Positions 44,281 through 54,314 of a DNA stretch of 64,000 nucleotides are shown in pieces. A program made the position numbers and the translations under genes. Position 1 is the stretch's first letter. Each line of letters opens with the position of its first letter. This stretch comes from Hyalangium minutum. Lineage in GTDB: Bacteria > Myxococcota > Myxococcia > Myxococcales > Myxococcaceae. Location: NCBI RefSeq assembly GCF_000737315.1, contig NZ_JMCB01000008.1, forward strand, positions 372,001 through 436,000, read 5' to 3'. Below the pieces are notes generated by a model that ran no database searches, was not told the DNA's origin, and was given only the letters and a program-made list of their open reading frames with translations.

Positions 44281-44449
44281 GGTGTCCCTCTCAGGGATGG
44301 CCGGCGCATGGAGCGCCGACGATGGACCTGAAGCGGTGACTCTAACTTACTGGAGGCATGTGGACGCTGCGGCAGGAAGCCCTGTGGGCCATCCGCTGGA
44401 TCCCTCTCTCGGACCTCGACTGCGGCCGCAGGAAGTCTCCTGACGAGCG

Positions 44450-44466
44450 CCTACCCTTGAAGTAGG
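44450..44466 (+). promoter_or_regulatory. Inverted repeat CCTAC-N7-GTAGG, possible operator
   Basis: Palindrome directly upstream of the RBS of the kinase gene. Confidence 0.3.
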
Positions 44467-44480
44467 ATAGGAGTCACCGC

Positions 44481-45896
44481 ATGCCGAGTGCCTCCTCGCC
44501 CCCATCGCTTCACCCCGCTCTGCTCCCACGGGGTACCGCCATCGGGCCTTGGCGCGTGGTGGACTGGGTCAACCGGGGCGTCAACGGCGCTGTCTACCGC
44601 GCCGTCCGCATCGGACAGGAGCACCTGCTTCCCGTCGCCCTCAAGCGCGCCCTGCTCGCGGAGGATCCTCGCTTCGAGCGCGAGCGGGAGCTGCTCTCGC
44701 GCACGTTGCATCCGCACATCCCCCGCCTGGTGGACTCCGGCTACTGGGTGAGCCCCAGCGGCGCGCGCCATCCTTTCGTCGCCATGGAGTGGATCGATGG
44801 CGTGCCCTTGTACGACTGGGCACGGATGTTCCTTCCCTCGGCGGCCCAGCAGTTGCGGCTGCTGGCCCAGGTGGCCTTCACCCTTCAGTATCTCCACGCT
44901 CAGGATGCACTCCACCGGGACTTGAAGGGCGGAAACATCCTGGTGCGCCGCTCCGACAGCCGTCTGTTCGTCACCGACTTCGGCTCGGGCATCTACCCGG
45001 ACGCGGCCACGCTGACACCGCAGCAGTTGCCCCCAGGCACTCCGGCCTACCGCTCTCCCGAGGCCTGGCTGTTCAGCCAACGAAACCGGAACACCTCGGA
45101 GCGCTACCGGGCCGGGCCCGCGGATGATGTGTTCGCCCTGGGCGTCACCGCCTGCGTGCTCGCCACCGGCAAGTACCCGGAGATGGGTGAGCTCCGGAAG
45201 GATAAGCAGGGACATTGGTCCCTGGACTCGCTGATGCTGCCTCGGGCCTTGTTCTCGGCCCGGGTGCCGCCGCAGCAGCGCGACTTGATTCTGCGCATGC
45301 TCTCCATCCTCCCCGAGGAGCGCGACACCGCCGGGGAGCTGGCCCCTGCACTGGAGCGGGCGGCAGACTCTCTCTCCCATCCCTGCCCGCGTCCCAGCGC
45401 TTCGGAGACAGAGCGAGCGCCTTCGCACTCACGGCCGCCCTGGCTCGTGCTGGCGGTGGCCGCAGGCACGCTGGCGTCGTGGGCGGCATGGCTGACGTGG
45501 GCGGCCTTTCTCCCCGCGCGGGAAGAGGCCCCGCGTGTCTCGCAAGCCACCGCCCCGGCCGAGAGCAAGCCCTCACCCGAGGCGGGGCCTGTGGGGCTTG
45601 GCGAGGATGCGGCTTCCGCCCCACCTCCGAGCCCTGCCCTGCCCTCCACCTCCACGCCCTCGATCTCGGACAGTCCTCCCGATCCGTATGAGGGCCAGGC
45701 GCAGCCCGACAAGAAAGGCCGGTGTCCTCACCTTCAGCAGGTCATTCTCAACGGCGCGTGCTGGGCTCGTCTGGCGCTGACCCCAGAGAAGTGCGAGACC
45801 AGCGGCGGCGAGATGTACCAGGGGACCTGCCACGTGCCGATCTTCCCTCGCGGCGTCAAACGCCCCAACACCTCCGGCCACGAGCATCCCCCATAG
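44481..45896 (+). CDS. Ser/Thr protein kinase, single-pass membrane, Cys-containing C-terminus
   Basis: RGVNGAVY, VALK, HRDLKGGN, DFG, GTPAYRSPE; TM segment; C-terminal Cys cluster. Confidence 0.92.
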   Translation: MPSASSPPSLHPALLPRGTAIGPWRVVDWVNRGVNGAVYRAVRIGQEHLLPVALKRALLAEDPRFERERELLSRTLHPHIPRLVDSGYWVSPSGARHPFVAMEWIDGVPLYDWARMFLPSAAQQLRLLAQVAFTLQYLHAQDALHRDLKGGNILVRRSDSRLFVTDFGSGIYPDAATLTPQQLPPGTPAYRSPEAWLFSQRNRNTSERYRAGPADDVFALGVTACVLATGKYPEMGELRKDKQGHWSLDSLMLPRALFSARVPPQQRDLILRMLSILPEERDTAGELAPALERAADSLSHPCPRPSASETERAPSHSRPPWLVLAVAAGTLASWAAWLTWAAFLPAREEAPRVSQATAPAESKPSPEAGPVGLGEDAASAPPPSPALPSTSTPSISDSPPDPYEGQAQPDKKGRCPHLQQVILNGACWARLALTPEKCETSGGEMYQGTCHVPIFPRGVKRPNTSGHEHPP

Positions 45897-46035
45897 GGGT
45901 CCTGAAGCCACAGATCTCGGCGAGCCGGGCTTTGTGCTTCAGAACGTGTTGGGTTCTATGAAAGAGCCGAACCAGGGCGATTCGTGCGCAACCCCCTACG
46001 GGGACCCTGCGATAACTCCGAACAGTGAAATCCGG

Positions 46036-46587
46036 ATGGGAAGCCCCTTGGCACTGGCTCGTGATGCTTGGCGCTCTGCCTTGGGTGTCGCCTTAAGCGC
46101 GAGCCTGATGGGTGCCATGGGGTGCAGTGCGACACACGCCGCCCACCAGAGCACAGGCGAGTCAGGCTCGACGGCTGGCACCGCTGAGCGCGGCGATGCC
46201 CTCGCGCAGCGCGGGGACTCCCTCGCGCAAGCCGCAACGTGCGGCCCAACAGACAGCACCATCTCGTGCTGCCTCAAGCAGCATCCAGGCGTCTACGAGC
46301 GCTGCGGAGCGCTGGACCCCACGAAGGTCCCTACGCGAGCCCCCACCAAAGCCTCCCAGACGGATCCGCCTCCCCTTCCGCCCCCTACGAGCGCGGCCCC
46401 TCCCAACCGGAGAAAAAGGGAAGAGGAGTGCCGTCAATACTGGCTCCAGTGCATCGCGATGGGAGGCGAGTACGAGAAGCGCGGGCAGCACGGCCAGACG
46501 GTCTGCCAATCTTGCTACGAGACCTGTAAGGGAACAGGCTCCTGGCCTTCGGAGGTCAACGGCCTCGAGTGTCTCGGAGGCTACTAG
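46036..46587 (+). CDS. Cys-rich lipoprotein (start uncertain)
   Basis: MGAMGCSA lipobox; SCCLK, ECRQYWLQC, CQSCYETC...WP. Confidence 0.7.
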   Translation: MGSPLALARDAWRSALGVALSASLMGAMGCSATHAAHQSTGESGSTAGTAERGDALAQRGDSLAQAATCGPTDSTISCCLKQHPGVYERCGALDPTKVPTRAPTKASQTDPPPLPPPTSAAPPNRRKREEECRQYWLQCIAMGGEYEKRGQHGQTVCQSCYETCKGTGSWPSEVNGLECLGGY

Positions 46588-46589
46588 CT

Positions 46590-47090
46590 GTGTCGCGCTC
46601 GCGCCGCGAATGGTGGAACACGGTTGCAGAGGCCCGCGAGTGGCTCTGCCTCGGAATGGCTTTCGGTGAAGTGCCTTTTGACGCCTACGTGGGCGCGCTC
46701 GTGGATCTGGAGCGGCAGTTTGCACGAGAGGCGCGCACTCCCTCCGAACGCCTGCACCTCCAGCGTCTGACGGCATTGAATGCCGTGCAAGCAGCGTTCG
46801 ATCAGGCTCGTCCATGGAAGGACTTTGGCCCATGGCTGCGCAGGCTCCAGCGGTTGGGATTTCCCAACCTGTGGAACCGCCATCATGTCGCGTGCCTCTA
46901 CGTGCAGTCCTTGAACAACTTCCCGGACCGGGCCCGAGACGCCTTTGCGATGTTGGCGGACACGGAGCAAAGGGTGTTAAGGCTCCACAAGGATCGTCGT
47001 TCGCAGCAACAGATGCTTGACGGGATCGACCATGCCCGACGCGAAGCCGCGAGCTACGGGATTCAACCTCCTGAGGAGTTGAAGCGGTAA
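46590..47090 (+). CDS. Helical hypothetical protein, putative partner/immunity protein
   Basis: GTG start 2 nt after the lipoprotein stop. Confidence 0.65.
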   Translation: MSRSRREWWNTVAEAREWLCLGMAFGEVPFDAYVGALVDLERQFAREARTPSERLHLQRLTALNAVQAAFDQARPWKDFGPWLRRLQRLGFPNLWNRHHVACLYVQSLNNFPDRARDAFAMLADTEQRVLRLHKDRRSQQQMLDGIDHARREAASYGIQPPEELKR

Positions 47091-47097
47091 AACTGGA

Positions 47098-48141
47098 ATG
47101 CACTCGCGCGTGGCATTTACCTCCGACGACACCCGGGACTGGGGCCCGTCTGTGGCGGGTCCGGGCATGCTGCTGGACATTCCCCGCGAGGGACGCTGGC
47201 TGCAGCGGCCCTCCCTGCACTTCGAGGTGGCCGCTCCGTACCGGCTGCGTCTGACGAGTGGCGGGCAGCCGCTGCTCTGGGTGTGCATCGACAGCTATTG
47301 GGATCAATGTGGCTTCCTCCGGGGCACCGCCAGCGCGCCCTGGGGATTGCCTCCGCTGCGGGCCGCCGAGCTCCGCGAGGTGACCCATGAGCCAGGAACC
47401 GACCGCTGGTGGGAGGCCTGGACGTGGCGCTTGGGCCGAGCGCTCACCGAGTCGCTCCATCCCCTGCTCTACGCGGGCCGCTGGTGCCTGCGGCCTGTCC
47501 GGGCCATCGACGTGCGCCAGGCCTCGCGCTACCCCATCAGCCCCATGGAGTGGGGGTTCGGCGAGGAGATCGCTCCACCCCACTCCCTCGAAGGCCTCTC
47601 GCGCTTCGAGACGTTCTGGACCGAGGACTGGGCCACGGAGTCCGTGCTCTCAGGCGCGGTGCTCCCGCTGCGAGCCGCTTCCCCGGAAGACGACGGCCGG
47701 GTGAAGAGCTGGCGCAAGCACGCTCGGGACCGGACGTTGCCACCGGCGCTGCTGCTCTATGTGGACCTCCTGGCGAAGTGGCTGGTGCTGGATGGGCACG
47801 ATCGCCTGCAGGCGGCTCTCCTCGAAGGGGTGACGCCGCCCCTGCTGGGGCTCTGGCCGGTCGTCGAGCGGGCGGACCCCTCCCGCGCCGTGTCGCAACA
47901 GGGGGCGCTGATTGCCGCCGAGTTCCAGCTGCGCGCGGGGGAGACTCCGCAGCGCATCGACCAGGTCAACCGCATGCTGGTGCGCAACTTCGCGGGGCCG
48001 CGGCGCGGCACCGTCACCCGTGCCTGGCCGCTGCGGGGTGGCCTCGAGGTGTGGAGGGCCGAGGTGCTGGCCTGGCGCCGGTGGAACACCTTCCCAACAG
48101 CCCCCCAGCCCTGGGAGTGGTTTGTGGGCACTACTTCTTGA
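47098..48141 (+). CDS. Hypothetical Trp-rich protein with a ParB/Srx-like DGHxR motif
   Basis: PPALLLY...WLVLDGHDRLQAALLEG. Confidence 0.6.
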   Translation: MHSRVAFTSDDTRDWGPSVAGPGMLLDIPREGRWLQRPSLHFEVAAPYRLRLTSGGQPLLWVCIDSYWDQCGFLRGTASAPWGLPPLRAAELREVTHEPGTDRWWEAWTWRLGRALTESLHPLLYAGRWCLRPVRAIDVRQASRYPISPMEWGFGEEIAPPHSLEGLSRFETFWTEDWATESVLSGAVLPLRAASPEDDGRVKSWRKHARDRTLPPALLLYVDLLAKWLVLDGHDRLQAALLEGVTPPLLGLWPVVERADPSRAVSQQGALIAAEFQLRAGETPQRIDQVNRMLVRNFAGPRRGTVTRAWPLRGGLEVWRAEVLAWRRWNTFPTAPQPWEWFVGTTS

Positions 48142-48676
48142 GAGGCAGTTCCAGCTTCGCCGCGATCTCGAACCATCCGCTGTCGATCACCTCGGCCGAG
48201 ATCTCTCGCGTGGCGCAGTCCACCCGCAGGCGCACGAAGTCCGCGCCGTCGTCTCGCTCCAGGTTGGCGTAGAAGACCAGCTCCTGAGGAGCCCGTCGCG
48301 GCGCCTCCCAGCTCGCCAGCCCGCGCTCCCCGATGGTGCCGCTGTGGATCACCTCCGGCCCCGGCTGATCCAACGTGAGGAAGTCCAGATCCTCCTTGGT
48401 GCGAGTCACCTTCGCCCCGGTCGCCAGCTCCACCAGCTCCATCACCTGCTGGAAGCTCGCCTCCGAATCCAGTTCCGCCTGAGTTCCTCGCAGCGCTTCG
48501 CTCAACTCCTCGATGGAGCGCGGCGCTGGCAGATACCGCGCTCCGAGCTCCACCCAGACCTGCCAGCGGACCCAGGCCAGCCGCACGCCGGCCCGCTCGG
48601 CCCAGCGCTCCGCCCCAATTTCCTCGAGCCTCGCGCGCAGTGCTGGCTCTGCCTCGTGGAGTTCGTGCTCGCTCAT
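48131..48676 (-). CDS. Hypothetical protein
   Basis: ATG 48676; GC3-biased; converges on 47098..48141. Confidence 0.6.
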   Translation of the reverse strand: MSEHELHEAEPALRARLEEIGAERWAERAGVRLAWVRWQVWVELGARYLPAPRSIEELSEALRGTQAELDSEASFQQVMELVELATGAKVTRTKEDLDFLTLDQPGPEVIHSGTIGERGLASWEAPRRAPQELVFYANLERDDGADFVRLRVDCATREISAEVIDSGWFEIAAKLELPLKK

Positions 48677-48824
48677 CGCTGCCGATGCTACCCCTGGCCT
48701 GTTACGCCTGGGAGCTCCCCCCGCTCTTTGGGCTGCATGGCAGAAGCCTGACGGGGAGACGTGGGCACGCGCCACTTCCGGCGGTGGGAAAAAGTCGGCG
48801 CTCGACCATGTTGGCGTTACAGCT

Positions 48825-50219
48825 ATGCGCAAACACTCACTGATCATTTCCAGTCTTCTGGCGGTGTGGATCGTCCTGGCATGCAAGGACTCGGCAGCAT
48901 CGGTGGAGCGGCCTTCCGCCGTAAGCGCGAGCGAGCTGCCCGCGGAGGACTCGGGGCCGGCACTGCTGCGCCAGCCGTACCTGCAGAGCGTGGGGCAGAC
49001 GAGCGCCATCGTGGCGTTCCGGACCGGCGAGTCGTGCACGCCCCTGGTGCGCTATGGCCAAGGGACAAACGTGTCGCAGACAGCGACGGCCAACGAGGCG
49101 GGCTGGCGGCACGCGGTGCAGCTCACGGACCTGACGCCGGGGCAGACGTACAGCTACGTGGTGGAGGCGTGTGGCTCGGTCACCGGCGTGCGGCAGTTCC
49201 GCACCGCGACTCCCGCGACGGCGACGAGCCTCACGTTCACGGCGATGGGAGACTTCGGCACGGGCGACGAGACGCAGCAGGGGGTGCTATCGCGGCTCGC
49301 GCAGCCGGGCAACGCCGGCGAGCTGCTGCTGACGCTGGGAGACAACGCCTACTCCAAGGGCACCGAGCAGGAATTCCAGGACCGGATGTTCACCCCCATG
49401 GCGGCGGTGCTGCGGCAGGTGCCCCTGTTCCCCAGCCTGGGCAATCACGAGTATGGGACGGACCAGGGCCAGCCGTACCTGGACAACTTCTACCTGCCGG
49501 CCAACAACTCGGAGCACTCCGAGCGCTACTACTCGTTCGACTGGGGCCCGGTGCACTTCGTGGCGCTGGACTCGAGCTGCGCCATTGGCAGGGCCTCGCC
49601 GGATCGCTGCACGCTGGAGGCGCAGAAGCGCTGGGTGGAGCAGGATCTGGCCGCCTCGCAACGGCCGTGGAAGGTGGTCTTCTTCCACCACCCCTCCTGG
49701 TCCAGCGGCAAGCACGGCTCGGAGCTGACGATGCGGAACGAGTTTGGTCCCCTCTTCGAGCAGCACGGGGTGGACCTGGTGCTCACGGGGCATGACCACA
49801 ACTACGAGCGCACCCAGCCGATGTGGGGCGGTGACGTGGCACCCGCGGGGACTCGAGGCATCACCTACGTAGTGGTGGGCAGCGGCGGCGCGAAACTGCG
49901 GCGCTTCCCGGAAGAAGCGCCGAGTTGGACGGCGTACCGCAACAACACGGACACGGGCTACCTGGAGGTGGCGGTGAATGGTGGCACGCTGACCGCCAAG
50001 TTCTACAACCCCAACGGCGAGGTGAAGGACAGCTTCACGCTGACGAAGACGCTGCCGGCCTCGGCGGGGCGCCTCGAGGCGAGCCCGGCCCCGGCGCTGG
50101 AGACGCCTCCGGGACCGGTGGACGATCCGGCGCACCCGCCCGCCTGGCTGCACTTCGAAAAGCCCCTGCCTCCCGCGAGCCCGGAGTCGATGGAGGACGA
50201 CGACGAGCCGTCGCCCTGA
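48825..50219 (+). CDS. Purple-acid-phosphatase-like metallophosphoesterase (lipoprotein)
   Basis: VLACK lipobox; FN3-like N-domain; GDFG, GDNAY, GNHE, GHDHNYER. Confidence 0.92.
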   Translation: MRKHSLIISSLLAVWIVLACKDSAASVERPSAVSASELPAEDSGPALLRQPYLQSVGQTSAIVAFRTGESCTPLVRYGQGTNVSQTATANEAGWRHAVQLTDLTPGQTYSYVVEACGSVTGVRQFRTATPATATSLTFTAMGDFGTGDETQQGVLSRLAQPGNAGELLLTLGDNAYSKGTEQEFQDRMFTPMAAVLRQVPLFPSLGNHEYGTDQGQPYLDNFYLPANNSEHSERYYSFDWGPVHFVALDSSCAIGRASPDRCTLEAQKRWVEQDLAASQRPWKVVFFHHPSWSSGKHGSELTMRNEFGPLFEQHGVDLVLTGHDHNYERTQPMWGGDVAPAGTRGITYVVVGSGGAKLRRFPEEAPSWTAYRNNTDTGYLEVAVNGGTLTAKFYNPNGEVKDSFTLTKTLPASAGRLEASPAPALETPPGPVDDPAHPPAWLHFEKPLPPASPESMEDDDEPSP

Positions 50220-50258
50220 GCGGCGCACGCTCGGTCCCCTCGTGCCCCACCTGCCGTG

Positions 50259-52616
50259 TCAGGGGTTCGCTTGCAGCGGCTTGCGCTCCTTCACGCAGAC
50301 CTGGACCAGCTCGACCATGCTCATGCTGGAGCCGCCGACGTCGAACTTGTGGTTCTTGAAATCGGGATACCCGTTCTCCAGGACGCGCCCCGTCACGATG
50401 CACTCATTGAACTGTTCGAGCGCCTCGCTCTTGCGCGACTTGGCCAGGAGCGCCTTTGCCGATTCGTAGGCCTTCTTCGGCCCCTCGTCGAACCGGATCC
50501 GCACGTCGACCTGCTTCTGTGGCTCCTGCAGCGCCTCTGCCTTCTGGGCACACTGAGCCATCACCTCTTTCGGCTTGGCCGGTTGACCGCCCACGAGCAC
50601 GTCGGACGAGGCGAGCCTGGCGTTCTCCTTCAACATCATGGCGCCTTCGTCCTGGCAGGCCTTGAGCTTCTCCATGGCGCTCGCGTACAGCTCCTTCCGC
50701 TTGCGGAGATCCGAGGAGGACGTAGCCGCAGCCGTCGCCGAGGTGGCGGCGTCCAGTGCCTCACCGGTCACCCGGCGCAGCGCCCGCTCCTGCTTCGCGA
50801 ACTCGAGCACCTCCACCAACCTCAGCAGCTCGTTGCGCCCCCGCTCCGCGGACGAGGCGTAGCCGGCGTCCTGCCGCTCCAGCTCCATGCGCGTCTCGAT
50901 CGCTTGCATGAGCGCGTCCACGCTCTTCGAGGCGGCCTCGATGTCGGCGTCGGTCGTCGTGAGAGCCTTCACGGCTTCGACCTTCTCCCTCGCCGTGGCC
51001 ACCCGCTCGGTGAGCTGCGCGCGGGCCTCCACCGCGGACAAGGCGATCTTCCGCCGGGTGATGCGGTCGCTCAGCTCCGCCATTCGCTCCTTCGACTCCT
51101 TGGCGTACAGCGCGTAGTCGCGATCTTTCTTGACGAACGGGGCGCCCGCATCCAGCACCACGCCGATCTGCTTGACCGCGTTCTCCGCCTCCAGCAGCTG
51201 CGCCTCGGTGGGCTTGTCCTTCTGGATCTGGGCGACCACGGCCGTCGCGTTCTTCCGCGCCTCGTCGACCTTCGCGCGCTGACGCTGCAGATCGACCTCG
51301 TACCGGCGCTTCTCCATCGCCGCCTTGCCGTCCTTGATGAGCTGGCGCGCCTCGGCGGCGGCGGGGCTGATCGCGGGGTTCTTCGCGTGAACCGTCTCGA
51401 GCGTCTTCGACAGGATGGTCAGTGCCGTGTTCGCCTCCTCGAACTGCTCATCGGTCGGCGCCCGCTTCTCGAGATTGCGCAAGGCCTGCACGACGTCGAC
51501 GCGCGCCGCATCGAGGCTGCGGACCTGGAGCGCGACCTCCACCTCGACGAGCGTGTTCTTCACCTCGGTGATGTACTGGCCGATCGCCGGACTCCGCGAG
51601 GCCTGCGGCTCGTACTTCTCCACCAGCTTCCGGACGACGAACGCCGCGGTCTTGGCCTCGGCGAACTGCTCGGGCGTCGGCTTCCTGGCGCGCAGCGCCT
51701 TGGCGGACGCGACGAGCTCATCATGGGCAGGCCCCATCTCCTCCTTGACCCGCGAGACGCCCGCCGCCGCCACGCTCTCCTCCATCTTCTGCTTCGCCTG
51801 GGCGATCTCGGCGCGAGCCTTGTCCGCCTCCGCGCGGTACGCCTTGTCGCTCGCCTCGAGCGGCTTGCCCTCGTCGAGCTGCTTCTGCAGCGCCGCCGAC
51901 GCCTTGTCGGCGGCCCCGAACTTCTCGTCCGACCAGGCCTTGCCCAGCTCGGCGAGCGCGGTGGACAGGGCCTTGCGGCGCTCGTCCAGGAGTCCTCGCT
52001 GCTTCTGGGCCGACAGCGCCAACCACCGCTCGTCGATCGCCTTCTCTTGACGGGAAACGGCGGTGTCGACCTCGGTGAGGTACGTGGCGAATTTCGGATC
52101 CTGCTTCGTCAGCGACCGGCTCTCATCGGCCAGCTTCTTGACCTCCGCCACCGCGGCGCGCGCATCGTCCATCTCCTTGGGACCGGGCTCCTTGCCCGCG
52201 ACCTTGGCCATGCGCTCGTTCAGGGTCGCCATCGCGCTGTCGATGCGCCGGCGGAACTCGAAGATGTGGATCTTGGCCCGGCGCTCGTCGACGTACTCGC
52301 GCTGCGTCCGGTACTCCTTCCGCGCGGCCAGGACGGCCTTGGCGTAATCGAGGTCCTCCGTCTCGAAGCTCGCTCCTGCGTCGAGCGCGCTCTTCAGTGC
52401 GTCCACCGCCGCGAGGGCGGAATCGAGGTCCGCGTTGCTCGGCGGATCCTTTTCAATCCGTTTGACGGCGGCCGACAGGGCGGTGCGCGCGCTCTCGAGC
52501 CGCTTGGTTGCCTCCGCGACGGACTTCGCGGCGCCAGCCTCTGGCGCTCCGGCGGAAGCATCGACGGAGGCGAGGGCGAAGAACCCGATGAGGATCAGCG
52601 TGGGGGTACGTACCAT
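50259..52616 (-). CDS. Large secreted all-helical repeat protein
   Basis: Signal MVRTPTLILIGFFALASVDA; recurring L..G..L..xD..Y motif; coiled-coil composition. Confidence 0.8.
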   Translation of the reverse strand: MVRTPTLILIGFFALASVDASAGAPEAGAAKSVAEATKRLESARTALSAAVKRIEKDPPSNADLDSALAAVDALKSALDAGASFETEDLDYAKAVLAARKEYRTQREYVDERRAKIHIFEFRRRIDSAMATLNERMAKVAGKEPGPKEMDDARAAVAEVKKLADESRSLTKQDPKFATYLTEVDTAVSRQEKAIDERWLALSAQKQRGLLDERRKALSTALAELGKAWSDEKFGAADKASAALQKQLDEGKPLEASDKAYRAEADKARAEIAQAKQKMEESVAAAGVSRVKEEMGPAHDELVASAKALRARKPTPEQFAEAKTAAFVVRKLVEKYEPQASRSPAIGQYITEVKNTLVEVEVALQVRSLDAARVDVVQALRNLEKRAPTDEQFEEANTALTILSKTLETVHAKNPAISPAAAEARQLIKDGKAAMEKRRYEVDLQRQRAKVDEARKNATAVVAQIQKDKPTEAQLLEAENAVKQIGVVLDAGAPFVKKDRDYALYAKESKERMAELSDRITRRKIALSAVEARAQLTERVATAREKVEAVKALTTTDADIEAASKSVDALMQAIETRMELERQDAGYASSAERGRNELLRLVEVLEFAKQERALRRVTGEALDAATSATAAATSSSDLRKRKELYASAMEKLKACQDEGAMMLKENARLASSDVLVGGQPAKPKEVMAQCAQKAEALQEPQKQVDVRIRFDEGPKKAYESAKALLAKSRKSEALEQFNECIVTGRVLENGYPDFKNHKFDVGGSSMSMVELVQVCVKERKPLQANP

Positions 52617-52821
52617 GCGGGCGTATTTACTACAGCGGGGTGGAGGGAGCCTCGGGATAATGGCGGCGAAACCCGTTCCGGCTCGCCCGGCTGGAGACCG
52701 GAGAGAGAGCCCGCTGGGCGCACGCGTCGTCGCTGTCGACTGGGACCCAGAGGCGGACAAAAATAGAACGGACCTCCTCTTTCTCATCGCCGACACGGCG
52801 GGTCTTTCGAGCCACTCCACA

Positions 52822-53200
52822 CCTGGAGACTTCCTGAATGCTGAAGCGAATCATTCCGGCCCTTGCAGCACTGCTGGTGGCCTGTGTCGGCAACACCGAG
52901 TGCAGACTCGATGATCCACACTCATGCTCGTCCGGCCTCGTCTGCGAGCAAGTGAGCGGGGAGGATGTCCCCCAGTGCTTCGCGCCGGTGCAGGTCGAGG
53001 GGAAGGTGTTCGATCTGCTCTCGGGCCAGCCAGTCGCGGGCGCGGAGGTCACAGCGCTGGACATCAACGGGACCGCCGTAACAGGCGTTGCGGTGAGCGG
53101 CCTGGATGGCCACTACACCCTGCCCATCCCCACCGAGCGCTCGGACAGCGAGGGCACCCCTGTGGGCACGAGGGTGACGTTGCGGGCTGCTGCGCGCAAC
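52822..53200 (+). repeat. Left copy of a ~380-bp inverted duplication
   Basis: Reverse complement of 57688..58066 with scattered substitutions. Confidence 0.9.
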
Positions 53201-54244
53201 TACCGACCGTTCCCCTCGGGCGTGCGCATCTCACTGCCCCTGGACACCACGGGCGCCACCAGCGCCGGGAGTGAGCAGCCTTGGGTGCTCGCCTCGGCCC
53301 AGACGGACGTGGGCTTGAGCGCGGGACTGTCGGCGGAGCGATTCTGGCTGAACGTGTCCGGCACTGTGGAGCTGCCCACAGGCAAGCCCGCGCTCGTTGT
53401 TATTGAGGGCAACGGCCGGGTGTACTCCGCGGTGACGGACGCCTCGGGGACGTTCCGGGTGTTCAACGTGACACCGGGGAGCGGCTATACGGTCCAGGCC
53501 TATGTGAAGGGCGCCAACTACACGCAGGTGGATCTCCAGGTGCCGTCGTCGGGCATGGATGTGTCCTCGGTGAGCCTGCGCAGGGCGGGAGACGCGAGCG
53601 CTGTGCTGAACGGCAGCGTGCAGTGGGTGGCGGGGGCCAACAGCGCGGGCACCAGCGTCGTGATGATGGTGGAGAGCACCTTCCATGACGCGCTCGTTCG
53701 CGGCGAAGTGCCACCGGGGCTGCGTGCGCCGGATCCAGGCCAGGCCCCCACGGTGACGGGGGCTTTCTCCATCTCCGGAGTTCCAGACGGCAAGTACGTG
53801 GTGCTGGCGGCCTTCGACAACGACGGCAACGTGCGCGACCCGGACCCCAGCATCTCGGGCACACAGATTGTCCACCTGACGGTGGCCAATGGCATCCCGA
53901 GCCTGAGTCCCTCGTTCAAGGTGACGGGCGCCATCGAGATCACCAGTCCGGGTCCCGGGGAGGCGACCGACCAGGTGACGTTCCCGCCAAAGTTCCGCTG
54001 GAAGCCCTACCCCAGCGCCAGTTCCTACGAGGTGCGCCTGTTCGACTCGCAGGGCAGTGAAGTGTGGGAGAACCTGGCGGTGGCTGCGGACGCCCAGAAT
54101 GGCTCGGGCTTTGTCCAAGCGTCATATACGGGCAAGGCGCTGATCCGAGGCCTCACCTATCAGTGGCGCGCCACCGCCAAAGACACCTCGGGCAACCCCA
54201 TTTCCAGCACCGAGGATCTGCGCGGCCTGTTCATCGTGCAATAG
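52838..54244 (+). CDS. Lipoprotein with carboxypeptidase-regulatory-like beta-sandwich domains
   Basis: LLVACVG lipobox; Cys-rich N-terminal module; DGHYTL, SGTFRVFNVTPG, VPDGKYVV. Confidence 0.85.
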   Translation: MLKRIIPALAALLVACVGNTECRLDDPHSCSSGLVCEQVSGEDVPQCFAPVQVEGKVFDLLSGQPVAGAEVTALDINGTAVTGVAVSGLDGHYTLPIPTERSDSEGTPVGTRVTLRAAARNYRPFPSGVRISLPLDTTGATSAGSEQPWVLASAQTDVGLSAGLSAERFWLNVSGTVELPTGKPALVVIEGNGRVYSAVTDASGTFRVFNVTPGSGYTVQAYVKGANYTQVDLQVPSSGMDVSSVSLRRAGDASAVLNGSVQWVAGANSAGTSVVMMVESTFHDALVRGEVPPGLRAPDPGQAPTVTGAFSISGVPDGKYVVLAAFDNDGNVRDPDPSISGTQIVHLTVANGIPSLSPSFKVTGAIEITSPGPGEATDQVTFPPKFRWKPYPSASSYEVRLFDSQGSEVWENLAVAADAQNGSGFVQASYTGKALIRGLTYQWRATAKDTSGNPISSTEDLRGLFIVQ

Positions 54245-54290
54245 CGGCGACGGCCGCTGGGCCCAGCCAACCTTGCAGATGCTCCAAGCG

Positions 54291-54314
54291 GCGGGTTCGA
54301 TTGCCGTTGCCTCC
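54291..54314 (+). other. Degenerate tmRNA/tRNA 3'-end-like copy (possible att site)
   Basis: GCGGGTTCGATTGCCGTTGCCTCC; 19/24 identical to 55213..55236. Confidence 0.35.

Noticed and set aside
50256-52766. 836-aa plus-strand ORF
   Set aside because: Antisense shadow of the helical-repeat gene; typical stop-poor frame in high-GC DNA.
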